From: Nemertoderma westbladi
Lineage: Eukaryota > Animalia > Xenacoelomorpha
NCBI GenBank assembly: GCA_032718475.1
Contig: JAUCBJ010005127.1
Span: forward strand, 1-38,263
Direction: 5' to 3'
Length of the DNA: 38,263 bases
Positions 1-12,895 of the stretch are shown here, one piece after another. Every line of letters begins with the position of its first letter. The first letter of the stretch is position 1. A program made the translations under genes and the position numbers. Below the pieces are notes generated by a model. It saw nothing but the letters and a program-made list of their open reading frames with translations, was not told the origin of the DNA and made no database searches.

Positions 1-356
1 GGTCGCAATTGTCCTAATTTCTTACTATTGTATTAAGAGTTAGATGCATATTCCAAAATAGATAAAGGCAGATCATTCAGACAATTTAATATAGTAAAAT
101 TGTAAATATTCGGAAGATAATGTTAAGGGGGCGGTGTATTATGCTTACATCCATCCATAAGGAATCCGAAATATACCAAAAAAAAAATACTAAACAAAAC
201 TGTTTTTTTCTTTTAACCATCAAATTGTCCGTTAACACTTATATTAATTAATTATAGTTTGAATATGGATGCCAGATTAAAATTATTAATTATTCTATAT
301 ACGAATTATTCCAATAACTAAATATTTCATTATAACATCGCACTGCAAGAAATTAG

Positions 357-688
357 AAATGAATTGGAGTTGAGCTGTTAATGCAACTGTAATTAAAGGT
401 GTAATATTATGGTTTTGTTCGGAAATGGAAAAAATTAGAAAGCGCGTCACCGGGGGTTGAACCAGTGCTCTACGTACATTTCGGCAATATGCAACTTAAG
501 ACTGCCTGTTCAATAGAAGTGGATTAGGTGGGAGATTGAATGTCAGGGGCAAGTGGCCGGACTGGTTAGCGCTTCTGGTGTGGCCTGATAGGCTGAAACG
601 TACGTATAGCGCTGGTTCTACCCCCGGTGACGCGCTTTCTCATTTTTTCCATTGCTGAACCAATCCATAATATTACATCTATAAATTA
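357..688. mobile_element. Fold-back (long inverted repeat) element with tRNA-like A/B boxes, copy 1
   Basis: Arms ~390-485 and ~592-688 are imperfect reverse complements (AGAAAGCGCGTCACCGGGGGTTGAACCAG / CTGGTTCTACCCCCGGTGACGCGCTTTCT). It is highly similar to 14844-15153. Confidence 0.8.
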
Positions 689-1309
689 GAACTACGATAT
701 GTTAAAATTATATTTATTTATTATTATCTTTATATTATATATTCATTAATTGGAGGGGAGAGGAGGGGCGGGATGGGGGAGGGGAGGGGAGCTGGTGGCG
801 CTTGAAAAAAGTTGGTAAACCCCCGGGTGCGGAGAAACCACGGTACTGGACGCCTCTGGTAAAACTTATAAATGATTGGCATCAAATATCTGCTTCCCTC
901 TACCCGACGTTTGTAATAAAAACTTATTAACTTTCAGTTTACGGATTGGTCGAAAAATATATTATTAAAAAAAAATCAATAATCAAGAACTTAATTACCA
1001 ATTTATCCATCTAAATCAAACAATCTGGGAGTATAATGGCGACCTAATTGAATAGGAACTTTGAATTCTGTGAGATAATTAATTTATTATTGTCAATTTA
1101 CCATTCATTCGAAATATTAAATGACTTACGCACAAATAACTTACTTCGTAACGCCATAATGATTTTCCCGAAAATAGCTTTAGAAAATGTGATTATACTG
1201 CCATGGTTAATTCTCACATAATATAAAGCAATAAACATGCTTTATGATAACTTTTCTAAGCCTCGGGATAGGATAGGAGGTGGAAAAACCCAACTGTAGG
1301 CCGTAGGCC

Positions 1310-1388
1310 TACGGTACGCTACAGTACGGTACGCTACAGTACGGTACGCTTACAGTACGGTACGCTACAGTACGGTACGCTTACAGTA
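1310..1388. repeat. 15/16-bp tandem repeat (TACGGTACGCT(T)ACAG), ~5 copies
   Basis: Directly visible tandem units. Confidence 0.9.
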
Positions 1389-1968
1389 TGGCCTACTCGT
1401 AGTAGGGCCTACTGTAGCTCTAACAATTGAGACTTACCAAACGGTGAATCTTTCGAATCCTCAACTTACTTTGTTAATCAATCAATATTATAATTTTTAG
1501 GCTTAATTTACGGCTGAGATAATTTCATTATAAAATTGTGTAATTTTGGATCATTACCGTTGGCCCGAGGGCCAATGCAAATACATGTAATACATGCCAA
1601 TACAATGAAAGTTTTAATTAGGGTTTCGGACGGCCACTCTTGAAAATCTGGGGTGAAAATTATCTGGGGGGGGGGGGGGGATTTGGCGCTAGCGAAAATG
1701 CCCGGGGGCATTCCGCGGGGGTGGGGGGGGGGGGGGGGGGATTTTCGCCAGTGACACCGGTACACCGCAACGCAATTCATAGGTAGGTCTACCGATGCTA
1801 CCAGCGTCGCCATCATTCCGCATTTCTGTAAATAATTATTTTTTAAATTATGCATTATACGATGTATTTTTATTTGGTCTACCACAAACTGTTTTTTATT
1901 TCTGTTTTATTTTGAAATGTTTACGTATCAAGGTCTATTTATTTTTAGACATTTTAAACTTTAATTAT

Positions 1969-2173
1969 TGAAAACGGATGGGGTGGGGCGGGTTGACCTC
2001 AGGTGACTATGAAATGAATAACAACAGTTATTACAAGCTTTCTCCCAACAGGGCTTCTTCAGGTAATTAAATTTGCATATTTACAGACACTGCACTAGAC
2101 TACAGACTAAATGCTAACAATACAGTCGACTAACTACTAAGTAATTAAGTACTAATAAAGTACTAATTCCTTC
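1969..2173 (-). mobile_element. 205-bp hammerhead-bearing insertion (PLE fragment or retrozyme-like) with 15-bp flanking duplication
   Basis: TTAAACTTTAATTAT occurs at 1954-1968 and 2174-2188, bracketing the hammerhead motif. Confidence 0.62.
2030..2067 (-). ncRNA. Minimal type I hammerhead ribozyme motif
   Basis: Minus strand reads ATTAC-CTGAAGA-AG-CCC-TGTT-GGG-A-GAAA-GC-TT-GTAAT: perfect 5-bp stem I, both core boxes and a palindromic AAGCTT stem III. There is one mismatch at the base of stem II. Confidence 0.75.
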
Positions 2174-2719
2174 TTAAACTTTAATTATGTTTAGCCTATT
2201 TACAGTACAATTCCTAAATCTTATGTTTGTTTACTTGAGCTTATATCCTGGAGGTGTTTTCCCCTTTTAAAATTAATTTTAATAGAGTGTAATAATAATA
2301 ATAATTATTATTATAGTTCTTAAACTAAACTAACGATAATCATCTCCATTCTTGTACTTTACTCGAACTTTCGTATTTACCTCACCTGCCACTCTCGGTC
2401 GGTAAATAAGTGATCCTGGGTCGAGCAGTAATTATGCAAATGTTATTTAGCGGACAATAAATACAGTCGGTGACATATTTGTTGAAAGAATAAATAACTA
2501 AAAATTTGGTTAACTTACTGGTCGACCCAGGATCATTTTTAGTTACAAAGAGGTAAATTTGAGCACCGAGAAAGTAAATAAGTATTATATTACACATTAA
2601 TAAAACATTATTTAATTAAGGAATAAATTGTCAATGCTATGCAGAGGAAATAGAAGAATAGCTGTTTCATCGGTATGTTAAAAGAGACTATTTTTAGTTT
2701 TGAAAAGTTGATGTGAAAA

Positions 2720-5163
2720 GTGGGGTGTGAATACGTGTGATTGTGTAGGCCTTGATGTTATATATATTGTGTGGGGTGTGAATACGTGTGATTATGTAGG
2801 CCTTGATGTTATATATATTGTGTGGGGTGTGAATACGTGTGATTGTGTAGGCCTTGATGTTATATATATTGTGTGGGGTGTGAATACGTGTGATTATGTA
2901 GGTCTTGATGTTATATATATTGTGTGAGGTGTGAATACGTGTGATTGTGTAGGCCTTGATGTTATATATATTGTGTGGGGTGTGAATACGTGTGATTATG
3001 TAGGCCTTGATGTTATATATATTGTGTGGGGTGTGAATTACGTGTGATTGTGTAGGCCTTGATGTTATATATATTGTGTGGGGTGTGAATACGTGTGATT
3101 ATGTAGGCCTTGATGTTATATATATTGTGTGGGGTGTGAATACGTGTGATTGTGTAGGCCCTTGATGTTATATATATTGTGTGGGGTGTGAATACGTGTG
3201 ATTGTGTAGGCCTTGATGTTATATATATTGTGTGGGGTGTGAATACGTGTGATTGTGTAGGCCTTGATGTTATATATATTGTGTGGGGTGTGAATACGTG
3301 TGATTATGTAGGCCTTGATGTTATATATATTGTGTGGGGTGTGAATACGTGTGATTATGTAGGCCTTGATGTTATATATATTGTGTGAGGTGTGAATACG
3401 TGTGATTGTGTAGGCCTTGATGTTATATATATTGTGTGAGGTGTGGAATACGTGTGATTGTGCAGGCCTTGATGTTATATATATTGTGTGGGGTGTGAAT
3501 ACGTGTGATTATGTAGGCCCTTGATGTTATATATATTGTGTGAGGTGTGAATACGTGTGATTGTGTAGGCCTTGATGTTATATTATACGTGTGATTATGT
3601 AGGTCTTGATGTTATATATATATTGTGTGAGGTGTGAATACGTGTGATTGTGTAGGCCTTGATGTTATATATATTGTGTGGGGTGTGAATACGTGTGATT
3701 ATGTAGGCCTTGATGTTATATATATTGTGTGGGGTGTGAATACGTGTGATTGTGTAGGCCTTGATGTTATATATATTGTGTGGGGTGTGAATACGTGTCA
3801 TTGTGTAGGCCTTGATGTTATATATATTGTGTGGGGTGTGAATACGTGTGATTATGTAGGCCTTGATGTTAATATATATTGTGTGAGGTGTGAATACGTG
3901 TGATTGTGTAGGCCTTGATGTTATATATATTGTGTGAGGTGTGAATACGTGTGATTATGTAGGTCTTGATGTTATATATATTGTGTGAGGTGTGAATACG
4001 TGTGATTGTGTAGGCCTTGATGTTATATATATTGTGTGGGGTGTGAATACGTGTGATTGTGTAGGCCTTGATGTTATATATATTGTGTGGGGTGTGAATA
4101 CGTGTGATTATGTAGGTCTTGATGTTATATATATTGTGTGAGGTGTGAATACGTGTGATTGTGTAGGCCTTGATGTTATATATATTGTGTGGGGTGTGAA
4201 TACGTGTGATTGTGTAGGCCTTGATGTTATATATATTGTGTGGGGTGTGAATACGTGTGATTGTGTAGGTCTTGATGTTATAATATATTGTGTGGGGTGT
4301 GAATACGTGTGATTATGTAGGTCTTGATGTTATATATATTGTGTGGGGTGTGAATACGTGTGATTATGTAGGCCTTGATGTTATATATATTGTGTGGGGT
4401 GTGAATACGTGTGATTGTGTAGGCCTTGATGTTATATATATTGTGTGGGGTGTGAATACGTGTGATTGTGTAGGCCTTGATGTTATATATATTGTGTGGG
4501 GTGTGAATACGTGTGATTATGTAGGTCTTGATGTTTATATATATTGTGTGAGGTGTGAATACGTGTGATTGTGTAGGCCTTGATGTTATATATATTGTGT
4601 GGGGTGTGAATACGTGTGATTGTGTAGGCCTTGATGTTATATATATTGTGTGGGGTGTGAATACGTGTGATTGTGTAGGCCTTGATGTTATATATATTGT
4701 GTGAGGTGTGAATACGTGTGATTGTGTAGGCCTTGATGTTATATATATTGTGTGGGGTGTGAATACGTGTGATTATGTAGGCCTTGATGTTATATATATT
4801 GTGTGGGGTGTGAATACGTGTGATTGTGTAGGCCTTGATGTTATATATATTGTGTGGGGTGTGAATACGTGTGATTGTGTAGGCCTTGATGTTATATATA
4901 TTGTGTGGGGTGTGAATACGTGTGATTGTGTAGGCCTTGATGTTATATATATTGTGTGGGGTGTGAATACGTGTGATTGTGTAGGCCTTGATGTTATATA
5001 TATTGTGTGGGGTGTGAATACGTGTGATTGTGTAGGCCTTGATGTTATATATATTGTGTGGGGTGTGAATACGTGTGATTATGTAGGCCTTGATGTTATA
5101 TATATTGTGTGGGGTGTGAATACGTGTGATTGTGTATGTAGGCCTTGATGTTATATATATTGT
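2720..5163. repeat. 51-bp minisatellite, ~48 copies
   Basis: Unit GTGGGGTGTGAATACGTGTGATTRTGTAGGCCTTGATGTTATATATATTGT repeated head-to-tail, with three recurrent SNP positions, a few 1-nt indels and one truncated unit near 3580. No spacers. Confidence 0.98.
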
Positions 5164-5938
5164 AGGTTTTTGTAGATCTAGCCCTGAACTTGAATAGTGG
5201 CAATGCTGGCCACAACTCGTCTAAGAATGAATATTAAAATAAATATATATCATATTTACCAATATGAAAATAAAAACTAAGAAAACAAAGTTTGTAGTGG
5301 TTAGCGGCTGTAATTCAGACAAGAGTGATCTTACTGCGAATTCCTCATGCTCGTCATTGGTCATTATATATTTACAGTAGGTTCCCCAAGATGGTGGAAT
5401 ATACAGTGCAATCAAATTCCACACATAGGATAATAAACCAATCAATGTCAAAATTCCATGCTTTTATGAAAAAACATTTCACCTTTTTTTTCCTTTACAT
5501 ATTTCTTTAATTACGGGCAAACAGGGCAAAGTCCTATATCCTGCCCTCACGGGTTTGTATATAATACACCACCAATAACATATTAAATATAAATATATTA
5601 TTACCGTACAGACTGACATTTGCAGCGCACACACCCAGCTTGGGCGCCGGTGAATATCCCACCATCCTAACAGTCGAATCTAATATATCTATCCACAATA
5701 CCCAGTTACTAATGGGGGTAAGATAAGAAAAACATAGCTAGAATAGTTCTACGAAATACAACAAATAATTGTGCATAGTTATACTGTAGGGCCTACGTAC
5801 ATAATGATAGCACAGTTCCAACCAAAAGTGATTGCTCTCAATATAATATATATTAGCCAATACAAATAAAAGGTTTCTAAGATTCAGTTAAAATTTTAAT
5901 TCAATTCAATATATAATGTTCCCAAAATTAATATAAAT

Positions 5939-6204
5939 AAAATCAATGTTAAAATATTATGTTAAAATTGCTAAAATCAATGTTAAAAATATTATGTTAA
6001 AATTGCTAAAATCAATGTTAAAATATTATGTTAAAATTGCTAAAATCAATGTTAAAATATTATGTTAAAATTGCTAAAATCAATGTTAAAATATTATGTT
6101 AAAATTGCTAAAATCAATGTTAAAATATTATGTTAAAATTGCTAAAATCAATGTTAAAATTGCTAAAATCAATGTTAAAATATGCTAAAATCAATGTTAA
6201 AATT
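5939..6204. repeat. 34-bp AT-rich tandem repeat, ~6 full units plus shortened units
   Basis: Unit AAAATCAATGTTAAAATATTATGTTAAAATTGCT, built from ATGTTAAAAT sub-repeats. Confidence 0.92.
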
Positions 6205-6241
6205 ACAATGCGTTTCAAACTAAAAGTTATCTTCAGGCAAT
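6202..6241 (-). ncRNA. Minimal type I hammerhead ribozyme motif (degenerate) in the PLE 3' region
   Basis: Minus strand reads ATTGC-CTGAAGA-T-AACT-TTT-AGTT-T-GAAA-CGCA-TT-GTAAT: stem I ATTGC/GTAAT, CUGANGA and GAAA cores, stem II hairpin. It lies ~150 nt after the GIY-YIG stop on the same strand. Confidence 0.7.
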
Positions 6242-6990
6242 AAATAAAATAAGCTAACAATATAAATAGACTTCGTGGTGTTAGTACAAGAATCGCAGGT
6301 GGATAAACTTTCCTACAGTAGTATTAAACAACAATTCAACACCTGTTTATTGCCCTGGGGACCCTTTGTTAAATAATGTAATTCATCCAGAATCAACAAT
6401 TGAGGGTGGGTTTATATCTCTTAATTAAGGCATCTTCTTTCACTCGTCTCGCAACAGCTGTAGAACCATTTCTCATTTTATAAAAAGGAATCACGGTGAA
6501 CTGGACCTCAAGACCTGCCGCACATGCCCAAATATGTTTTGATACTTTTAAGTTTGTATATTGTTCATTTTTTATTTGAGATTTATGTAGTGACTCTCTG
6601 TGCCTTAAATCAATTGTCTCTCCGATATATTGCTCACCACATCCATTACAATTAACCACATATATCAAATTCTTAACGGTGCTGTCCATTTTCTTTCGAA
6701 TATAATAACTTTCCGTTTTAAAGCTGACTTTCTTTGTTTCAACAATATTCACACACGTTTGGCACTTCAGAATGTTACATTTTTTAACTCCCGGACTCTC
6801 TTTCGTGAATAGATCTGAATGAAAAATGTATTTTAGTGTTGGTGACCGCTTATAACTACATAAAACATTTGTTTCTCTAAAAACATTTCTTATATGACCA
6901 TTAGTTTTTGACATTTGGATGATGCAGCTTTTTATCATTGTGAATACCTGCGGCTTTGATGGGTTATAGTTTAGAACCATTGGTAAAATA
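6202..6990 (-). mobile_element. 5'-truncated Penelope-like retroelement (Neptune-type): linker, Cys knuckle and GIY-YIG endonuclease, with 3' region
   Basis: ORF 6393-7097(-) contains LPMVLNYNP, SYKRSPTLK, KKCNILKCQTC, NLIYVVNCNGCGEQYIGET..LRHR..LHKSQI and VSKH...E..LIKRYKPTLN, which is the PLE C-terminal GIY-YIG domain. The RT is absent, and the first ~35 aa of the ORF are AT-rich flank. Confidence 0.88.
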
Positions 6991-9900
6991 TTGCGACAAA
7001 AAAAAGTCGCGACATATTGTAGGGTATATTTATTTTTGTATGTCTCGGATGGCAGCACGATATTATACATAATATATATATGTATATATAATAACAATAA
7101 TATATATAGGCGGGTATGTAGGCTACCGGTACTGGTATTTATCTAAAGTTTTGCATTACAGGACATCAGGACAATTCACCTTTTTCAATTTGTGAGAAAT
7201 TATAGGCTTTTAGTGGAAACACTTTATGCTTGTGTGATATGGATCAGCAGGAATATAACTCCCATCACCAGCCAGTATTTATCCTTGCTGAATTCTGCAA
7301 TGGGGGTGTGTGGCCAATTGTCCACCGAAAAGGGTCATCCTTCCCGAAATTCTGTATCATGATCATCCGGCAACGGCGGAATTTACTCTTCCGCATGCCA
7401 GCAAACCCGGAACTCCGGGTAATCCGTTAATGTTTGCAATCGATCCTGTGAGAAACACCGGGACTCCAATGGGTCGCGCATTAGATCAGATTTGGAAGGG
7501 GGATTCTTCGTCAACTGATACAGATACAGGCAAACACTGCCCATTAAAATGTACATTTGGAAATATGTAATCTACCCGTCATATTGTTCTCTGAACCCCC
7601 CCCCCCCCCCCCCCTCGCTTATACCCCGTATTGTACTCATATCGCTTAGATATACCAGAGTGGCATAGGCTCTCGTGGCCTAGATTTAGTTAGGCGTATC
7701 TGTATTTAGGTACCCGATTAGCTGTCGAGACAGCTACTCATCTCGACTGATAGATAGGTTACCCGCTGGGCGTGAATAATGATGGAGTGTAGTCTGATCA
7801 TCATTACTACACTCTGTTAGGATGACTTGCGTGGCAGTTTTCCATTCTCATCACTGAACTTCACCAGTCTCGCAGTCTGTAGTATTTTTTTAAAAATGGC
7901 GAAGCGTGGCTCGGCTCCCTTCGCATAGAAACATTATACTATTAACTATTAAGTACTGTACCGGTAGTCCTCCTACCAACATACTGTTGTTTATTTGTTG
8001 TTAGTTTAATAGTTTTATGTTTAATTCCATTTTTTATATGTTGGAAAATAAATAAAATCTATCAATGATTATTATACTCACATATTTACCTACCATAGTT
8101 GTTCACTGTTACTACTGCGACTTTGATATTATACAGGTAGTGGGGCCTTCGTGCAGTTATATAACTATGGCTAGTTATATATACCTATTCTGATCTTGGC
8201 TTCCGACACCCCCCCCCCCCCCCACCCCCACACATCCCCTGTTGGAAAACGGCCACTGTATAATTATAACAGTTCGTTGATGGCTCGCAATTCTGACTCA
8301 CCCCACAGAGTAATATAGAGGTTATTATTCATACACCCCCCAAGTGTAAGTGCAATTCACAAAACATTTATCTAGTTAATTAATAAGCTCATTAGGCGAG
8401 CACACACATTATCTAGCGTGCAGTATTGCTCAGAGTGGTGATGATGAAACGAAATTTATGTAGGAAAAGGCCAGTTCGAATTCAAGAACGTGCTCAGTGC
8501 CATACATGGCATCAGTGTCGGTCGGACAAGTTGGATTGACTCATTAACTAAGCAGACAGCATAATCATGCATAACCATTGTAGTTGGGGGTGGGGTGGCT
8601 CTTAGTACATCAGTGACCGCTGTATAATGGTTACTTAATTCAGTAATAATTCAGTGAGATCCACCAGTATTTTTAAGTGGCATCGAATTCAATACATAAA
8701 TACGAATATCAGCCACACCACTACTGGGCCCACTGGCCACACAAATTTCAATGGTTGACTAGCACGTTACCGACCCGATTGATAGAACAATGTCATGCAA
8801 TGGCTAATCCGTTATACTATGTATGGTAGTGGCCAGCAAGGCTTATCGATAACAATCCAACATTCCTGCAGGGTGGGCTGGGTTTTAACAATAACATGCT
8901 AATGTCGATATTGTACAATGATTCGTTTGTTAAGTGTGCTTTTCATTATATAAAAGTTAGTTGATTGATGGTTGATTGATAGTTAGGTGCTTGGCCCATC
9001 CTATATTATATAATTTAGACAATTAAACACCAAAAGATAGCTAGATATTTAAGAAGTAAAATAAAGCACAAATTTAAAATAATAATTAATAACTACAATA
9101 TGAGATTTAGTGCCGCGTAGTTGTACAGGAAACAGATACTGGAAATAATTTCGGAGGAGTTGGAGAAAGGGTTGAAGGTAATAGATTGTAATTGTTACAG
9201 TAATTTCGAAATCTCGAAGTAGCTAATTTGGAATTGTCCTTGTAGTAGTAGTAGTAGTGGGTCGGTTTGAATATTCCGTATTTAACGACACAAGCATCAA
9301 TTGTAAAAACTATAGCACGCATAAGCACTTAAATACTGTAAATGGGGCATTATAATATATATATTATACAAAATAATAATGCATATAATATATTATAATT
9401 ATATATTATACTATACTAAATTTACTATAATTTATTTATTTATAGACGATAATAGTGGTTAATAGCAATTAATTCATTATATTTATTTTTAATGACCAAA
9501 CCACCCTATATTACTTCATTTATATATATTGAATGCATCATAAATAAATCTACACACACAGGTCCCTTAGTTCTTTATTATTAAAAAAACTATTCCAGGT
9601 TTGAGAAACTTAGACCAGTATAATGGTTACAAAGAGATTGCGATACGGGACAAAACAAGAAGAGAAAAGAAAGAGAAGAGAAGAGAAAAGTTGGTCAGAG
9701 GATCCATGACAGTGACAGACCCGTTGTTCCGTAGGAAATTAACTCCACGACCTGTTTCCACTTTCAGTCGGTGAGCCACTCGCGGTTTATTATATTTTGC
9801 CCTTATCTCCTTCCTTCATCAAAGTAGTAATATCAGAACTTTCAGGAGATGAGCAACCTCAGAAGAAGAGACACGTATTATTTCTCCCTCCGGTTTTCTG

Positions 9901-12439
9901 CAGGTGCTCTTCATCTTCAACCTCTTTACAGTATGTACATAATCGCCATTCACTGGGGGGTTGCTGATCTATTCCATCTCCTGACCTTCACCCTAAGACA
10001 GGGGTGAGAGGAGAGTCGTAGTCTGTGTTTGTTCACAGACTATCAATGATGGTTTCATCTTGAAATAGATATATCCCTCGTGTTTGAAATCTGGAAGAAT
10101 TGTTACTTGATAGAAGTTAGGTTTTCTGGTTTTTTAAGGTTGATGTTTGACAATATATTGAGTTCAATTCATTCAATTCCTTGCAAGTGTTTCTCATATA
10201 TCAATCAACTGCTCGTATCAACAGTGCTAAATTTGGGTAATAGTTTCCCTAATTTCCTTTTAGTTGCAAAGATGAAGGTACTTCGGGGTAGTTTTCCTCA
10301 CCCCCAAGTGGCTGTTAAATAACCTGCATACACATAACCTCCATTTTTTAAGCTCAATATGAGCCTCGGCTCTGCATCATATGGTATTGAGGCGAATAGC
10401 GTTGAGTCTGCCACTATCTTTTTTACGAAAAAGCCACAATGTCTGTTAAAGCCAGGATGTTCCAATACTAAGAGATCGTGAACAGACTTGATTCCTCATG
10501 CACCATCAGGTGACTGGTAAGCGTTAATCGGCGTAATTGCAGGGTAGAACGGGGTTTTTGAAATGTGGTACCACCATAATTTTAGAGCATCCCATTGCAT
10601 TGCTTATTTATATGTGTTGCGTATCCAACATTGAGCACACTGTGTAACATTCTTCGGCCAGACGGTGAGAGTGCAGCTTGATTGATCAAAATGATAAATC
10701 GATGCCAGCCAAGCCGATATCCCATTGGTTCAATCGCACAGGTTATGGTGTAGTGATTGAAGAATGGATTGAAAGTATCTACGCTGCTCTTACTGGACTG
10801 CCCTTCCAGTACCTTGTAATTATAGTTACTTTTAACCAATGATTGCCCTCTTCGATGCTGCTCTTTTAAGAATGACAAAAGATTTTTAACATAAAATAAG
10901 TAAATTCTTCTTTAATAGCTTTATGAATTTTTCGCGCAGGATTATTAATAAAATATTTCGAACTTGTATTATTTGACCAGAAATCGAGTGAAAACTTGGA
11001 CAAACCAAGTCATTTTTTTTTATCTTGCAAGTCGTATAATGCGCTTATAATGCGAATAATAACTATTTATTTACTATTTTTTTTATTTGTTCCACTCTTT
11101 AATCCGCATTTCCGAGGAATAGTTAAAGTATATTTTTTTTCGAGACCAAGGAAAAATATGCTAGCTATTTCTCTCTATTGTATACAAATGCGAACACTTC
11201 TTTAGCGTCCGCACTTTTGCACACAAAAAATGAGATATTTTAAAGAAATTATATTATTCTCTGTTACTCTGTTTAAGTAGTTACTTGCTATAACTATTAC
11301 AGTAATGTAGTACAATGAATATAGTCGCTGTTCTTTTCTTTATAAAATCATAGATAAATTGATAAATCAATATTATGTAAAAACAACAATACACCAACGT
11401 CTGGTGGTTTTTCATTTTTTTTCCATTATCATTCTTTTTATCACGGACCATGATTATGTTTGTTCGAGGTAGAAGTATTATTCGTTTGGTGGTATGTAGC
11501 ACCTGGTCTTTCTTTGTCCGGTCTATTATCTACCATCAGGTAAGACACTTATAGGAGTCTATCCAATCAGCTCCATTGTAACCTGTATCTTAATTCATGT
11601 AGGCCTAACTGGGACAAGGCCCGCGATATCCCTCTCTCTGTGAGATAAATTGTGGAACCATTGTTCCTGTATAATACTTCATTAGTTCTGATACAACACT
11701 TTTTTTCATTTATTTATTGTCATTAATTTCAACCTTAAAACTACAAATTATTATACAATTAATATTTGGTACATAAAAAAATTAGATAAGTATCGCCTTC
11801 CAGGCAATCGCATGGCGGCGAGTAGAGCCCAGTTTGGAGTCCAGGATGAAATTAGAAAGGCAAGGGGATTGTGTATAACATGGAAGGGAAGGGGGGGGGG
11901 GGGGGGGCGGGCGAACAGATACAGAGGGGAGTTTGTAAAGGTAAGTGGGGGGGGGGGGGGGGGGGGGGGGGGAGGGGGTTACACGAAAAAAAAAATTTTG
12001 TTATGGATTTGATTGGAGATTTGTAATCTGACTGCTTATAAAAAAAAGAGGAAAGATAAAAATAATAATAGTGTTTATAATAGTAATATGGTGAATGCTG
12101 GCTCGGGAAAGGCAAAAAGTATTCGTCTCTCTAGTAGTGTGAAGTTTAGTTAGTTTTCTGAGTAATATCTGTTTGCATCAGGCCTCTCTGCATCAGGCCT
12201 CAGTAGTTAAGTTCAGTAGAAAACAGGCATCAGAAGTTAAAACATTCATTATCAGATAGTAATGGCCTACTCCCTTCCTTTAACCGCACTGTGATCACGT
12301 CATGTTTGAGAGGTCAATTAAATTCTGTCCTGCAATGCAACCTCCAGCTCCACCCACCCTGTGTACGGTACATTGTTTCAAAATCGACGTTTGCGAACTT
12401 TGTTCCAATGTGATAATAAAGATGGGGTGATGTGATGGT

Positions 12440-12895
12440 AACACCCCCTACTGACACAAGAAGTAGAGGAAATCCATCAATGTACCTTACTGATCTAGAC
12501 TTTGCAGATAACTTAGGGGTAGTTTAAGAATCACTAGAGGGATTCCAAAGGCACATCTGCATTGGAGCAGGTTGTTTCTAGTGGTGGTCTTTTTATACAC
12601 TCCAAGAAGACCAAAACTATGACAGTGAAATGTCAGGGATGGCTTGCTTGAGTATGTGGATGGCTTGTGTTACTTGGGATCATGGATACGGAAGTCAGGA
12701 CCTTCGGATACGTAAGGGGAAGGCATAGGCAGCATTGAATAGTCTGTCCAGGATTTGGAAATTCCATACGATAAAACGCAATCTCACGGTTTCTATTATT
12801 TAGGGCAATTCATTTAGTGGCTTTTATATGGAAGTCCATGATTGGCTTTAAATGCAGAGGATTCCCAATCTCTAAATGGTACTTACACAACAAGA
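12440..12895 (+). mobile_element. Degraded RTE-like non-LTR retrotransposon RT fragment
   Basis: Interrupted translation gives YLTDLDFADNLG, SKKTKTM, LEYVDGLCYLGSWI, DLRIRKGKA*AALNSLSRIWK, LLYGS and LNGTYT. Confidence 0.8.

Noticed and set aside
542-632. Functional tRNA gene (also 15015-15096)
   Set aside because: A/B-box-like motifs are present, but I cannot fold a canonical anticodon arm or cloverleaf, and it is embedded in a repeated fold-back element.
1508-1885. Proline/glycine-rich ORFs here and at 11812-12115
   Set aside because: The poly-Pro and poly-Gly tracts come from G/C homopolymer runs, with no domain similarity.
2720-5163. CRISPR array or repeat-protein gene (VNTCDCVGLDVIYIVWG ORFs)
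   Set aside because: Units are contiguous with no unique spacers and there are no cas genes. The ORFs result from the 51-bp period and are broken by TGA variants and indels.
9570-10880. Degraded L1/Tx1-like LINE on the minus strand
   Set aside because: Only one short suggestive peptide (ISNAMGCSKLW), which is insufficient without a database search.
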